A model generated the notes under the pieces. It was not told the DNA's origin and did not search any database. It saw only the letters and a program-made list of their open reading frames with translations. The translations under genes and the position numbers were made by a program. Below, piece by piece: positions 9,341 through 19,620 of a stretch of DNA of 64,000 bases. This stretch comes from Prevotella sp. (GTDB lineage Bacteria; Bacteroidota; Bacteroidia; Bacteroidales; Bacteroidaceae): NCBI GenBank assembly GCA_024697405.1, contig JAILFU010000193.1, positions 11,147 to 75,146 on the forward strand. The letters are read 5' to 3'. Position 1 is the stretch's first letter. Each line of letters opens with the position of its first letter.

Positions 9341-10006
9341 TCAGATTGTGTTCAGAAGGGAGTGCACCTCCTCCGCCGAGGTGACAGCACCAGCCAAGGA
9401 GCACGAGCCGTGGATTTCCGTGGTGCCGGTCTGGTCGAGGATGAGGCGTGCATTCCGCGTGTTCACCCCGCCACCGGGCATGATGATGAGCCGGCCGTCG
9501 GCCAGGTCGCGCAACCGTCGGAGCAGGGGGATGCCCTGCTGTGCCGTGGGCTGCTGTCCGGAGGTGAGCAGGCGGGTGCAGCCCAGGGCGATGATCTGCT
9601 CCAGGGCCACCAGCGGCTGGCGGCAACGGTCGAAGGCACGGTGGAAAGTGAAGGGCTTCCCCTTGGCAGCCCGCACCAGCAGCTCCGTGGCCACGATGTC
9701 CACGTCGCCCTGCGCCGTCAGCGCGCCGCTGACGAAACCGTCGGCCCAGGGCAAGGCCAGCTCCATGTCGGCCAGCATGGTCTGCAGCTCCGACGGTGTG
9801 TAGACAAAGTCACCCTCGCGCGGGCGGATGAGCACGTGAATCTTCAGCTGCGGATAGCGCCGGCGCACATATTCCAGCAGACCCAGCGACGGCGTCAGCC
9901 CGTCGAGCGGCAGGGCAGCGCACAGCTCAATGCGCGCGGCCCCTCCTTCTGCGGCTGCCTCGACGCTGGCCAAGGAGCCTGTACATACTTCCAACAATCG
10001 TTTCAT
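9341..10006 (-). CDS. cutC: Copper homeostasis protein CutC family
   Basis: LLEVC, GAARIELC, GLTPS, LIRPREGDFVY, TFHRAFD, RLLTSG, IMPGGG. Confidence 0.93.
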   Translation of the reverse strand: MKRLLEVCTGSLASVEAAAEGGAARIELCAALPLDGLTPSLGLLEYVRRRYPQLKIHVLIRPREGDFVYTPSELQTMLADMELALPWADGFVSGALTAQGDVDIVATELLVRAAKGKPFTFHRAFDRCRQPLVALEQIIALGCTRLLTSGQQPTAQQGIPLLRRLRDLADGRLIIMPGGGVNTRNARLILDQTGTTEIHGSCSLAGAVTSAEEVHSLLNTI

Positions 10007-10010
10007 GCCA

Positions 10011-10058
10011 CAAAAGTACGAAAAAGTTTGGAACGTTGCAAACTTTTTCGTATCTTTG
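10011..10058. promoter_or_regulatory. Palindromic back-to-back promoters for cutC and the lipoprotein gene
   Basis: CAAAAGTACGAAAAAGTTTG-GAACGTTG-CAAACTTTTTCGTATCTTTG with a TAnnTTTG box on each strand. Confidence 0.65.
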
Positions 10059-10134
10059 CAGCGGACTTTTTCGAATGACTGGGGGGAACAGACACAGATG
10101 TTCATTATATAGAAGCACAAAAATGGAAAGAATC

Positions 10135-10566
10135 ATGAATAAAAAAAGCATTTTGGGCAGTCTGGCCATGACAGCGCTCTTAGCCGGCACCCCGGCAGCC
10201 CTGACCAGCTGCAACGACGATGACGTGAACACCATCGCACAGATTATTGAAGCCCTACTAACCACCGATGACCTGAACAACACCGTCTGGGCCGACTACC
10301 GGACGACTGCCGACGGCTCTCCGTACATCGCCTTGATGATTGGCTTTGCCAACGGGCAAGTGGAACTCTACGAGGACAGCTACGTAGACAAGGACGGTAC
10401 TGCCATACTGCAAAGCGGCTCCTACACGCTGGACACGAACAACAGCACCCTGACGCTGAACACCGGCACCCGCCGCTATAGCATCAAGGAGTTTACCAAG
10501 GGGGTGTCGATGACGCTCACCTACAACGGCAGGACCATCACACTGAAGCCTTATACGGAGAGTTAA
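10135..10566 (+). CDS. Hypothetical lipoprotein
   Basis: Lipobox LTSC followed by acidic residues (NDDD). Confidence 0.75.
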   Translation: MNKKSILGSLAMTALLAGTPAALTSCNDDDVNTIAQIIEALLTTDDLNNTVWADYRTTADGSPYIALMIGFANGQVELYEDSYVDKDGTAILQSGSYTLDTNNSTLTLNTGTRRYSIKEFTKGVSMTLTYNGRTITLKPYTES

Positions 10567-10649
10567 GGAGATGAGGAGTTTTTGCTTAGGCAAGCGACCA
10601 AGGTCGAGCGGAGAATTGAGAATAAAGAATGGAAAATGGAGAATTGAGA

Positions 10650-11825
10650 ATGGAAAAGATTGCTATCTATACACTCACATCGATTCTTAGCGAAAAGAAT
10701 GATGTGGACGCCCTCTCTCAGGAATTCCTGAGCAGTCTGGGCATCGCCTACGATTTCAAGGGCAACAACTACGCTGACTTCGGCAGCCACGACTTGGATG
10801 TGATTTATGTGCGCACAGGCGGCACGGAGGGCATCTTCCGCGAGCTGATGCCCATGCTGCAGGAGAAGTCAGACCATCCTTTCTACCTGCTTACTTCGGG
10901 AAAGAACAACTCGCTGGGGGCCTCGATGGAGATTCTCTCCTATCTGCGTCTCCACAACATCAAGGGCGAGATTATCCACGGCCAGCCCAGCTATGTAGCC
11001 CGCCGTCTGCAGCTGCTGAAGAAAGTGGAGCAGGCCCGACGGCAGCTGAAAAGATGCCGCCTGGCGGTCATCGGGAAACCGTCGGACTGGCTCATTGCCA
11101 GCACTGCCAACTACGACGAAGTGAAAGAGAAGCTGGGCATCGAGCTGATTGACATTTCCATGGACGAAATGCTGTCTACCGTCGCTGCCACGCCCAAGGA
11201 CCACCACTCGCGGCCCGACGACTTCTTCCCCGGCGCAGAGCAGATCTACGAGGCGCTGAAAACGCTGCTGGAAAAGTACGAGCTGCAAGGGTTCACCATG
11301 CGCTGCTTCGACCTGCTGAACACAGTGCACAACACTGGATGCTGGGCAGTGGCCAAGCTGAACTCCGAGGGCTATGTGGCAGGCTGCGAGGGCGACATCC
11401 CCGCCCTGCTCACCATGATGATTACGCGGCAGCTGGTGGGCGTGTCGGGATTCCTGGCCAACCCCTCGACCATCAATCCTGAGACGGGCGAGATTCTCTT
11501 CGCCCACTGCACCATCCCCCTTGACATGGTGGAACGCTACGAGCTGGACACACACTTTGAGTCGGGCATCGGCATCGGCATTCGCGGCTTCATGAAGGAG
11601 GGGTCGGTCACCGTCTTCAAGGTAGCTGGCGACCTGAAGAGCCACTTCATCGCCGAAGGCGACCTGCGCATGAGCCTGGCATTGCCCGACATGTGCCGCA
11701 CGCAGCAGGTCATTCAGCTGAGGGACAGAAGTCAGACGGCCTACTTCCTGAACAGCCCCATCGGCAACCACCACATCGTGATGCCAGGGCGCCAGAAAGC
11801 CTTGCTGGAAGAGATGCTCAGGTGA
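10650..11825 (+). CDS. L-fucose/L-arabinose isomerase family protein
   Basis: GCEGD, FAHCTIP, THFESG, CRTQ, PIGNHH. Confidence 0.75.
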   Translation: MEKIAIYTLTSILSEKNDVDALSQEFLSSLGIAYDFKGNNYADFGSHDLDVIYVRTGGTEGIFRELMPMLQEKSDHPFYLLTSGKNNSLGASMEILSYLRLHNIKGEIIHGQPSYVARRLQLLKKVEQARRQLKRCRLAVIGKPSDWLIASTANYDEVKEKLGIELIDISMDEMLSTVAATPKDHHSRPDDFFPGAEQIYEALKTLLEKYELQGFTMRCFDLLNTVHNTGCWAVAKLNSEGYVAGCEGDIPALLTMMITRQLVGVSGFLANPSTINPETGEILFAHCTIPLDMVERYELDTHFESGIGIGIRGFMKEGSVTVFKVAGDLKSHFIAEGDLRMSLALPDMCRTQQVIQLRDRSQTAYFLNSPIGNHHIVMPGRQKALLEEMLR

Positions 11826-11862
11826 GAGTGAAAGAGGAAAGCGCAAAAAAAGGGTGGCAGAC

Positions 11863-12771
11863 TTAGTCTATCACCCCTATTATTTCCTGTACCGACGCTA
11901 TGCCGTGGGCGTCGAGCCACTGGTTGATGCCGTCGCGCACCTTCAGCGTCACGGCGGGGTCGATGAAGTTGGCTGTGCCAATCTCGATGGCCGTGGCGCC
12001 GCACATGATGAACTCCAGGGCATCGCGGGCCGTCATGATGCCGCCCAGCCCGACGACGGGAATCTTCACGGCCTTGGCCACCTGCAGCACCATGCGCAGG
12101 GCGACGGGCTTCACGCAGGGGCCACTCAGTCCGCCCGTGCCGATGCTGAGCACTCGCTTCCGCTTCTCAATATCGACGGCGGTGCCCATCAGCGTATTGA
12201 TGAGCGACACGGCATCGGCACCGGCAGCCTCCACGGCACGCGCTATCTCGGCGATGTCGGTCACATTAGGCGACAGCTTCACGATGAGCGTCTTCGAGTA
12301 GCGCTCGCGCACGGCGCGCACCACGCTCTCGGCTCCCCGGCAGGTGACGCCGAAAGCCATGCCCCCGTCCTTCACATTGGGGCAGGAGATGTTCAGCTCG
12401 ATGGCCGGCACATGCTCCAGCCTGTCCACACGGGCGGCGCACTCAGCATAGTCCTCGGGCGACGAGCCGCTGACGTTCACTATCCACGCCGTGTCGATGT
12501 CCTTCAGCTGCGGATAGATATGTTCGCAGAAATAGTCCACACCCTTGTTCTGCAGACCCACACAATTGAGCATGCCCATAGGTGTCTCGGCCATGCGCGG
12601 ATAGTCGTTGCCCTCGCGGGGCTTCAGGGTCGTTCCCTTCACGATGATGCCGCCCAGCTCCTGCAGCGGCACGAAGTCCTGAAACTCCAGGCCGTAGCCG
12701 AAGGTGCCCGAAGCGGTCATCACGGGGTTCTTCAGGTGCAGCGCACCAATGTTCACATCTAGTTTTGCCAT
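11863..12771 (-). CDS. pyrD: Dihydroorotate dehydrogenase family 1B catalytic subunit
   Basis: [26 protein letters not shown]. Confidence 0.96.
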   Translation of the reverse strand: MAKLDVNIGALHLKNPVMTASGTFGYGLEFQDFVPLQELGGIIVKGTTLKPREGNDYPRMAETPMGMLNCVGLQNKGVDYFCEHIYPQLKDIDTAWIVNVSGSSPEDYAECAARVDRLEHVPAIELNISCPNVKDGGMAFGVTCRGAESVVRAVRERYSKTLIVKLSPNVTDIAEIARAVEAAGADAVSLINTLMGTAVDIEKRKRVLSIGTGGLSGPCVKPVALRMVLQVAKAVKIPVVGLGGIMTARDALEFIMCGATAIEIGTANFIDPAVTLKVRDGINQWLDAHGIASVQEIIGVID

Positions 12772-13541
12772 AACAGTCGCTTGATATTAAATACGGGACC
12801 TTCCTTGCACACGCAGACGTTTCCTCCGGTGGTCTTTTCCACACAGCAGAGACAGGCGCCCAGCCCGCAGGCCATCAGGTTCTCCAGCGATGCCTCGCAG
12901 TCGATGTTCTGCTCTCGGGCATAGCGAGCCACGGCCTTCATCATCGGCGTGGGGCCGCAGGTCTGAATCAGGGTGATGTGCTCTTTATATAATAATGTAT
13001 GGTTGGTGACGAAGCCCTGCTCGCCCTGCGAGCCGTCCTCGGTAGTGACGAACACACGCCCGTACTTCTGGAACTCATCGAGCATCAGCAGGTCGTTACC
13101 CGTGCGGGCGCCCAGCAGGAATGTAGGCTCCACGCCACTATCCCGCAGCACCTTTCCCAAATAGAGCAGAGGAGCCACGCCCACGCCGCCCCCCACCAGC
13201 AGCACCTTGTGCAAGGCGGTTTCCCCGCCTTGCAACGAAAAGCCGTTGCCCAGCGGCAGCAGGCAGTTCAGCCGGTCGCCTTCTTTCAGACTGGCCAACC
13301 GCCGCGTGCCCTCGCCCACCGTGGCTACCAGCAGCCACAGCTCGTTCAGCTCGCTATCCACGAAGTTGATGGAGATAGGACGGCGCAAGAACGTCGACGG
13401 ACTCCCGTCGACACGCACCTCCACAAACTGTCCCGGTCTCATCTCAGGCAGCGGCCGAACGTCAGTCAGCTTCAGCAGCACATAGCGCTCATGCACCTGC
13501 ACCACCTCTTTCACTGCCAAATCAAGTATATATTTCTTCAT
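12759..13541 (-). CDS. pyrK: Dihydroorotate dehydrogenase electron transfer subunit
   Basis: [35 protein letters not shown]. Confidence 0.95.
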   Translation of the reverse strand: MKKYILDLAVKEVVQVHERYVLLKLTDVRPLPEMRPGQFVEVRVDGSPSTFLRRPISINFVDSELNELWLLVATVGEGTRRLASLKEGDRLNCLLPLGNGFSLQGGETALHKVLLVGGGVGVAPLLYLGKVLRDSGVEPTFLLGARTGNDLLMLDEFQKYGRVFVTTEDGSQGEQGFVTNHTLLYKEHITLIQTCGPTPMMKAVARYAREQNIDCEASLENLMACGLGACLCCVEKTTGGNVCVCKEGPVFNIKRLLWQN

Positions 13542-13722
13542 AACCATTCACCTTTCATTTTGGTAATGATATTCAAGTTTCGCTAGTTCTATTTTACCAT
13601 AGATTACACAGGTTTCACAGATTTATGCTGCGCATGGTTGTCGCTATTTCACAGATTTTATCTTGATTTCACAGATTAGCTGCGCCGCATGGAATCTGTG
13701 TCATCCATTCACCACTCACCCT

Positions 13723-14373
13723 TCACCGGTATTCCGTAGGGTCATCTATCCCGGCCTCGGCCAGTGCCTCACGCCGCTCCACACAGGTACCGCAGCGTCC
13801 ACAGTGCTTCTCGCCGCCCTTGTAGCACGACCAGGTCTCGCTATAGTCGATGCCCAGCTCGCTGCCCCGGCGGGCAATGTCGGCCTTGGTCAGGTCACAG
13901 TAGGGCGAGAGCAGCGTGATGCCTGGGAAAGTGCCCGTCCGGGCCGCCTCGGAGAATGCCTCCACAAACTCCGGCCGGCAGTCGGGGTAGATGGTGTGGT
14001 CGCCGCTGTGGTTGGCCATCATCACATGCTTCAGCCCCCGGCTCTCAGCCAGCCCGACGGCCACGCTGAGCATGATGCCGTTGCGGAAGGGCACCACCGT
14101 CGACTTCATGTTCTCCTCGGCATAGCTTCCCTCTGGAATATCCTCGCCGCCCACCAGCAGCGAGCTGGTGAAATACTGTCCCATGAAGTCCAGAGGGATG
14201 ACCAGATGCTCGATGCCCAGCCGCTCACAGTGCAGACGGGCGAAGGGAATCTCACGGGCGTTATGCTTCGAACCATAGTCGAACGTCACCGCCAGTGCGA
14301 TGCGCTCGCGGTAGTCGTAGAGCAGCGTCGTAGAATCCATGCCGCCGCTCAGTATCAATACACAATCCTTCAT
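13723..14373 (-). CDS. queC: 7-cyano-7-deazaguanine synthase
   Basis: SGGMDST, VPFRN, YPDCR, TWSCY..HCGRCGTC. Confidence 0.96.
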   Translation of the reverse strand: MKDCVLILSGGMDSTTLLYDYRERIALAVTFDYGSKHNAREIPFARLHCERLGIEHLVIPLDFMGQYFTSSLLVGGEDIPEGSYAEENMKSTVVPFRNGIMLSVAVGLAESRGLKHVMMANHSGDHTIYPDCRPEFVEAFSEAARTGTFPGITLLSPYCDLTKADIARRGSELGIDYSETWSCYKGGEKHCGRCGTCVERREALAEAGIDDPTEYR

Positions 14374-14461
14374 ATCTGTGTGCAAAGGTACAAAATAATT
14401 CATAATTATTCATTCAATATTCAAAAATATTTCTTACCTTTGCGGCCAAATTTGGAAAAAC

Positions 14462-15844
14462 ATGAAAAAAACACTTCTTCTTTTCTTGCTGCTGGCCGTC
14501 AGTGCCACGGCTGTTCGTGCCCAGTTCACTACTGCCGGCGATGGTACCGTCTACTCCTTTAAGACGCTTTCCGAGCTGGAGGGCACCGACATCTCCGTCG
14601 GTGAAGCGAAAGACACACCTTTATATCATTCCATCTACCAGCTGCCGAAGAGCATCACCATTGCCGAGGGCGACAAGTTTGTGATGGACGACGGCATCAT
14701 CGTCCGTTTCGGCCAAAACGTCACGCTCTGCATCGAGGGCGAGGCCGACTTCTGCCTAAGCAGCGGCTCGCTATTCGACAGCGCCCTCGACGGCGGCGAA
14801 ACGCTGGGAGCCAGTATCCTCATCAAGAGCAAGACCGACACCCCGTTTGCCAACTGCCATTTCTACACCGTTGGACTGGAGCTGATGAGCGACGGTGCCA
14901 CCAGCGTCAGCCACTGCCATTTCTACCACCACGACGGCTCTAGTGCGGCAGCCCTCTTCTTCATCACAGCGGGAGCGCAGAGCCTCGTTGACGACTGCCA
15001 CTTCGAGCACTGCGCCAAGGCTGCCATCGGTAGTGCCGCCAACGCCCCGCAGCCGATGACCATCAGCCACTGCTCGCTGGAGCAGAACTCTACAGCCAAT
15101 AACAACATCCCGCAAATCAATATCACAGCGGCCAACCGTCTGACGATTGAGGACTGCACGATTACCGGCAATCCGGAGAACACGATGGTGGGCGGCATCG
15201 GCATCTCCAACTTCATGAGCTACGATGCTGACATCACCATCAGCGGCTGCACCATCAGCGACAACCGCTACGGCATAGGGCTGGTAGGCCCCGCCGCCAG
15301 CATCCGCATCGAGAACTGCACGCTCATGAACAACCGCTACGAGACTAACCCCATGAACGGCGGCAGCGGCATCAGCCTCTACGACCCCTACCAGCAGACC
15401 TGTGCTGTGATGACAGGCAACCACATCGAAGGTTCGCTCTGGGGCGTCACCGTCATCGGCTGCAAAGATGTGAACCTGGGCTGCCTGGAGAGCAACTCCG
15501 ACAGATGGAATCCGGGCGGAAACAGCTTCAAGGACAACGGCAATGGCGGTCAGCTCTACGATCTCTATAACAACTCCAAGATTACCGTCTTTGCGCAAGG
15601 CAACACCTGGAACGTGAGCGAACAGACTGAGGAGCAGATTGAGACGGTCGTCTTCCACCAAAAAGACGACCCCAAGCTGGGGGAGGTCATATTCTGGCCA
15701 GCCGCCGAAACGCCCGACAGCATCGGTCACTTGCAATTTGCTCCGGGCTCCCTGCCTCGCTACAGCCTGAAGGGACAGCGGCTGAAGGACGCTCCTCGAC
15801 GCGGCTTGAGCATCATCGGCGGCAAAATCTTCCTACAGCGATAG
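14462..15844 (+). CDS. Secreted right-handed beta-helix (NosD/pectin-lyase-like) protein with T9SS-type C-terminus
   Basis: Signal peptide, repeated IxxCxxxxN strands, tail YSLKGQRL...GLSIIGGK. Confidence 0.7.
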   Translation: MKKTLLLFLLLAVSATAVRAQFTTAGDGTVYSFKTLSELEGTDISVGEAKDTPLYHSIYQLPKSITIAEGDKFVMDDGIIVRFGQNVTLCIEGEADFCLSSGSLFDSALDGGETLGASILIKSKTDTPFANCHFYTVGLELMSDGATSVSHCHFYHHDGSSAAALFFITAGAQSLVDDCHFEHCAKAAIGSAANAPQPMTISHCSLEQNSTANNNIPQINITAANRLTIEDCTITGNPENTMVGGIGISNFMSYDADITISGCTISDNRYGIGLVGPAASIRIENCTLMNNRYETNPMNGGSGISLYDPYQQTCAVMTGNHIEGSLWGVTVIGCKDVNLGCLESNSDRWNPGGNSFKDNGNGGQLYDLYNNSKITVFAQGNTWNVSEQTEEQIETVVFHQKDDPKLGEVIFWPAAETPDSIGHLQFAPGSLPRYSLKGQRLKDAPRRGLSIIGGKIFLQR

Positions 15845-16918
15845 GACAAGCTGCTCCATACGTTCACGCTGTTCCTGCACTTTAAGGAAGTAGCGCAGCT
15901 GGTTGCGGGTGCGCACGAGGTTGTGATCCGGATACTGTATCTTATAGTAAGTGTCGCCGTTGAGATAGTCGGCCAGGAAGCGCACGGCCTGCATCATGGG
16001 GAACAGCGCCACGGCAAAGGGCAGATGCTCGCGCTCTACGGGCGTGAGGAACGAGGCCGCCGACTCCAGATAGCCACGGGTGAAAGCCTCGAAGATGTCC
16101 CAGCGGAAGGCTATACTGTCCAGCTCGGGGCTGTCTTCGGCCACGGTGTTCGCCGCCGTACGCAGGAAGTCGCCATAGTCGGAGAAGACGTAGGCGGGCA
16201 TCACCGTGTCGAGGTCGATGACGCAGCGCACATGCCCCTCGTGGTCGAAGAGCATGTTGTTCACCTTCGTGTCGCAGTGGCAGATGCGCTTGGGTAGCTT
16301 TCCCTCGCGGTGCAGCTGCTCGGCCAGACACATCTCGTCGGCATATCGGCCGATGATTCCCAGTTCCTTCTCCACCTCCTTCACTCGCCCTGCGGCATCA
16401 TTGACCACTGCCTGGCGCAGCTGACTGAGACGCAGCTCCATGTTGTGGAAGTCGGGGATGGTCTCGCCCAGCGGCTCGTCAAGGTCGGTGAGCTGCTGCT
16501 CGAAGCGTCCGAAGGCGCGCCCGCAGTCGTAGCTGCTCTGCGGCGTTACCTCGCTGACGGTCAGCGTGTCGAGGATGAAAACGGAAATGCGCCAGTAGTT
16601 GTCGCCGTCGAAGAACCAGGTCTTGCCGGCGGCAGTCTCGACGAAACGCAGCACGCGGCGGTCGAGGTCGGCCACGCCTTCCTCCTGCAGCTTGCGGCGC
16701 AAGTGGCGGGTCACGGCCTCGATGTTATGCTGCAGCAGCTCCACATCGGTGAAAATGTGGTGGTTGATGCGCTGCAGCACGTAGTCGGGCTTCTCCGCCT
16801 CCTCAGTCGTCACCAGATAGGTGTCGTTAATCAGTCCGTTGCCCAAGGGGGCGACGCTGGCGACAGTTCCCTCCACGAGGAACTGCCCCACTATCTTTTT
16901 CAATTGCTCGTTACTCAT
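15833..16918 (-). CDS. APH-family phosphotransferase (N-acetylhexosamine 1-kinase-like)
   Basis: GNGLINDT, LQRIN, CHCDTKVNN, IDLDTVMP. Confidence 0.85.
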   Translation of the reverse strand: MSNEQLKKIVGQFLVEGTVASVAPLGNGLINDTYLVTTEEAEKPDYVLQRINHHIFTDVELLQHNIEAVTRHLRRKLQEEGVADLDRRVLRFVETAAGKTWFFDGDNYWRISVFILDTLTVSEVTPQSSYDCGRAFGRFEQQLTDLDEPLGETIPDFHNMELRLSQLRQAVVNDAAGRVKEVEKELGIIGRYADEMCLAEQLHREGKLPKRICHCDTKVNNMLFDHEGHVRCVIDLDTVMPAYVFSDYGDFLRTAANTVAEDSPELDSIAFRWDIFEAFTRGYLESAASFLTPVEREHLPFAVALFPMMQAVRFLADYLNGDTYYKIQYPDHNLVRTRNQLRYFLKVQEQRERMEQLVLSL

Positions 16919-17020
16919 AATTACAGTTTTCAAGTTCCGCAAGTTCCGCCTATTCTTAGACACGCGAAACTCGAGTTACTATTTATTATTCGCCCACCTC
17001 CAACCCCATTTCCAAAGATG

Positions 17021-17106
17021 TCCCCTCAGCCCCCCAGGGAAATATTCCTCCCCTTCGGGGAGGTTAGGAGGGGTCAATCCCTCCCCTTCGGGGAGGCCAG
17101 GAGGGG
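17021..17106. repeat. REP-like palindromes (2 x CCTCCCCTTCGGGGAGG..AGGAGGGG)
   Basis: Directly visible; begin immediately after the GH109 stop codon on the minus strand. Confidence 0.85.
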
Positions 17107-18489
17107 TTAAAACGCATAGCTGTACCCCTTGATACGGTCCCACGCCCCACGGGTGAAGTCGGGGATGGCCACGGGTGCGGAGCCGTTCTCCAGCGACAGG
17201 CGGGTCAGCGGTGCCAGACAGCACCACTCGGCCATGTCGTAGACATCCATGTCGAGCGGCAATCCCTTCTGCAGACAGTAGATGAGGCGGTAGTCCATGA
17301 TGAAGTCCATGCCTCCGTGTCCGCCCACCTTCTTGGCCGTCTCCTCCAGCTCTTTCACGAAGTCGGGCAGATATTTGTGGAGCATGGCCTGGCAGAGGCT
17401 GTCGGGCATGGCCGAGTGTGCACTGAGGTTCTCGTGGTCGGGAATGTCATTGCTGAGCTTCTCCTGGCGGAAGAGCAGCTGCGGCACGGGATATTTCGAG
17501 GCATAGCCGTCGCTGCCTATCACCTGGAACATACGGCTGTAGGGGCGCGGCGTCAGCACATCGTGCTGGATGAGCATGGTCTTGCCCAGGGCTGTGTGGA
17601 TGAGCGTCGAGGTCTGGTCGCCATTCTGGAAGTCGGGGCAGTCCTCGCCCGTCAGCTTCTTCACCACGCGGGGGCCGTTATAGGGCTTGGTGTCCATGGC
17701 CACGAGATAGTCCATTCGGTCGCCACGGTGGATGTTCAGCACCTGACAGTCGGGGCCGATGCCGTGGGTGGGATAGACGTCGCCACGGTGTTTCATGTTG
17801 TAGTCCAGCCGCCAGTTGTCCCAATATGCTGTCCAGAAGTCGTCGAGGTTATGCTGGTAGGCCCCCTCCACGTGGAGCACCTCGCCGAAGAGTCCCTGCT
17901 GGGCCATGTTCAGCGCGGCAATCTCGAAGAAGTCGTAGACGCAGTTCTCCAGCATCATGCAGTGCAGGCGTGTGCGCTCGCTGGTGTTGATGAGCTGCCA
18001 TATCTCCTCCATCGTCAGGGCGGCTGGCACCTCTATGGCCACATGCTTGCCGTGCTCCATGGCGTAGAGGGCCAGGGGCACATGGTGCACCCAGTCGGTG
18101 GCGATGTAGATAAGGTCGATGTCCGGGCGGTCGCACATCTCCTTATATGCCTCGGTCGAACCGCTATAGGCAGCGGCACGCGGGCGGCCGTGCTTCTCCA
18201 GCAGCTGCTGACAGGCCTCCACGCGGTCGGCCTCCACGTCGCAGAGTCCCTTCACGTCGGTACCGTCAATCTGGGCGAACCGCTCCACGGCTCCCGGACC
18301 GCGCATGCCCAGTCCGATGAAGCCCACGCGCACCGTCTCCATCGGCGGGGCCGTCAATTGTAACACGTCGGTCTGACCGGCAGGCCGGGCAGGCACCGGT
18401 GTCTCCAACATCTTCACTTGTTTCTCGCCCGTGCCGCAGGCTACCAGCAGCAGGGCCATTGCCAAAAGGGAAAAGAATCTTCTCATCAT
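17107..18489 (-). CDS. GH109 NAD-dependent glycosidase (alpha-N-acetylgalactosaminidase-like), lipoprotein
   Basis: Lipobox LVAC, GFIGLGMRG, EVPAA, MLENC, YPTHG, GHGGMDF. Confidence 0.9.
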   Translation of the reverse strand: MMRRFFSLLAMALLLVACGTGEKQVKMLETPVPARPAGQTDVLQLTAPPMETVRVGFIGLGMRGPGAVERFAQIDGTDVKGLCDVEADRVEACQQLLEKHGRPRAAAYSGSTEAYKEMCDRPDIDLIYIATDWVHHVPLALYAMEHGKHVAIEVPAALTMEEIWQLINTSERTRLHCMMLENCVYDFFEIAALNMAQQGLFGEVLHVEGAYQHNLDDFWTAYWDNWRLDYNMKHRGDVYPTHGIGPDCQVLNIHRGDRMDYLVAMDTKPYNGPRVVKKLTGEDCPDFQNGDQTSTLIHTALGKTMLIQHDVLTPRPYSRMFQVIGSDGYASKYPVPQLLFRQEKLSNDIPDHENLSAHSAMPDSLCQAMLHKYLPDFVKELEETAKKVGGHGGMDFIMDYRLIYCLQKGLPLDMDVYDMAEWCCLAPLTRLSLENGSAPVAIPDFTRGAWDRIKGYSYAF

Positions 18490-18612
18490 TGTTTTTCTGT
18501 GAACAGGTATTTGAAACTTGGGTACAAAGATAAGTACTTTTTTTGGAGAAAACAAACTTTATGGCCAAAACATTATTGCCTTGGCCAAATTTTTCGTACT
18601 TTTGCAGGCGAA

Positions 18613-19197
18613 ATGAGAAATATCTGCTTTGCAGCCCTCTTGTTCTGCTGTCTCGCTGCCTGCTCGTCGCTGCGCGAGGGCGACCTGCTGTTTCATGTCG
18701 CCAGTCAGGGGAACAACATCACCGACGTGACGCCGGGCATGACCGACCATGTGGCCATCTGCCTGGGCGGCGACTCCGTGGTGGAGGCCATTCCGGGGAA
18801 GGGGGTGGTTGTCACCCCGCTGAGCGAGGTGCTTCACCGCGAGGAGGGGTACTATGTGAAGGGCCGTGTGAAAAAGGCCGACGCCAAGCAGTCGGTGGCC
18901 CATGCCCGCCGCTATCTGGGTCTTCCTTACGACTCGCTCTTCCTGCCCGGCAACGACGCCATCTACTGCTCCGAGCTGGTGCAGCTGTCGATGGTCGACA
19001 AGCGGGGGAAGCCGCTCCTGCAGCCCGTGCCCATGTCGTTCCACGATGCCAGCGGCCGCATCACCGACTACTGGACAAAATTCTACGAGCGATTTGGCCT
19101 TCCGGTGCCCGAGGGGCAGCCTGGCACCAACCCTGGCGAGCTGCAGCAGCGGCGCAACGTCAAAGTGTGCCCAAAATCTGTTCGGCGTGCTCCTTAG
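18613..19197 (+). CDS. YiiX/YebB-like permuted papain (NlpC/P60) lipoprotein
   Basis: Lipobox LAAC, GDLLF, HVAI, YCSELV. Confidence 0.85.
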   Translation: MRNICFAALLFCCLAACSSLREGDLLFHVASQGNNITDVTPGMTDHVAICLGGDSVVEAIPGKGVVVTPLSEVLHREEGYYVKGRVKKADAKQSVAHARRYLGLPYDSLFLPGNDAIYCSELVQLSMVDKRGKPLLQPVPMSFHDASGRITDYWTKFYERFGLPVPEGQPGTNPGELQQRRNVKVCPKSVRRAP

Positions 19198-19615
19198 TCT
19201 TCACCTGTTTGCCGGCAAAGACCTGCTCGATGATGCCGTCCTCGCTGATGATGAAAGTGGTGCGGATGGTGCCCATCGTCTTCTTGCCGTACATCGTCTT
19301 CTCGCCCCAGGCGCCCATCGCTTCCAATAGCTCATGGTTCACGTCGGCAATCAGCGGGAATGGCAGTTCGTATTTCTCCTTGAACTTCTGGTGGGAGGCT
19401 GCCGAGTCCTTGCTCACGCCCACCACCTCATAGCCTGCACCCTGCAGCTCGCCGTAGTGGTCGCGCAGACTGCAAGCCTCTGCCGTGCAGCCGCTGGTGT
19501 TGTCCTTCGGATAGAAGTAGAGCACCAGCTTCCTGCCCTGATAGTCACTCAGACGGATGTCCCGTCCCTGTTCGTCCTTGCCCAAGATTTCGGGCGCTTT
19601 GTCTCCAATGTTCAT
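19160..19615 (-). CDS. bcp: Thioredoxin-dependent thiol peroxidase Bcp
   Basis: YFYPKDNTSGCTAEAC. Confidence 0.93.
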   Translation of the reverse strand: MNIGDKAPEILGKDEQGRDIRLSDYQGRKLVLYFYPKDNTSGCTAEACSLRDHYGELQGAGYEVVGVSKDSAASHQKFKEKYELPFPLIADVNHELLEAMGAWGEKTMYGKKTMGTIRTTFIISEDGIIEQVFAGKQVKTKEHAEQILGTL

Positions 19616-19620
19616 AAGTC

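Noticed and set aside
14374-14461. preQ1 riboswitch upstream of queC
   Set aside because: The promoter box lies only 9 nt from the ATG, leaving no room.
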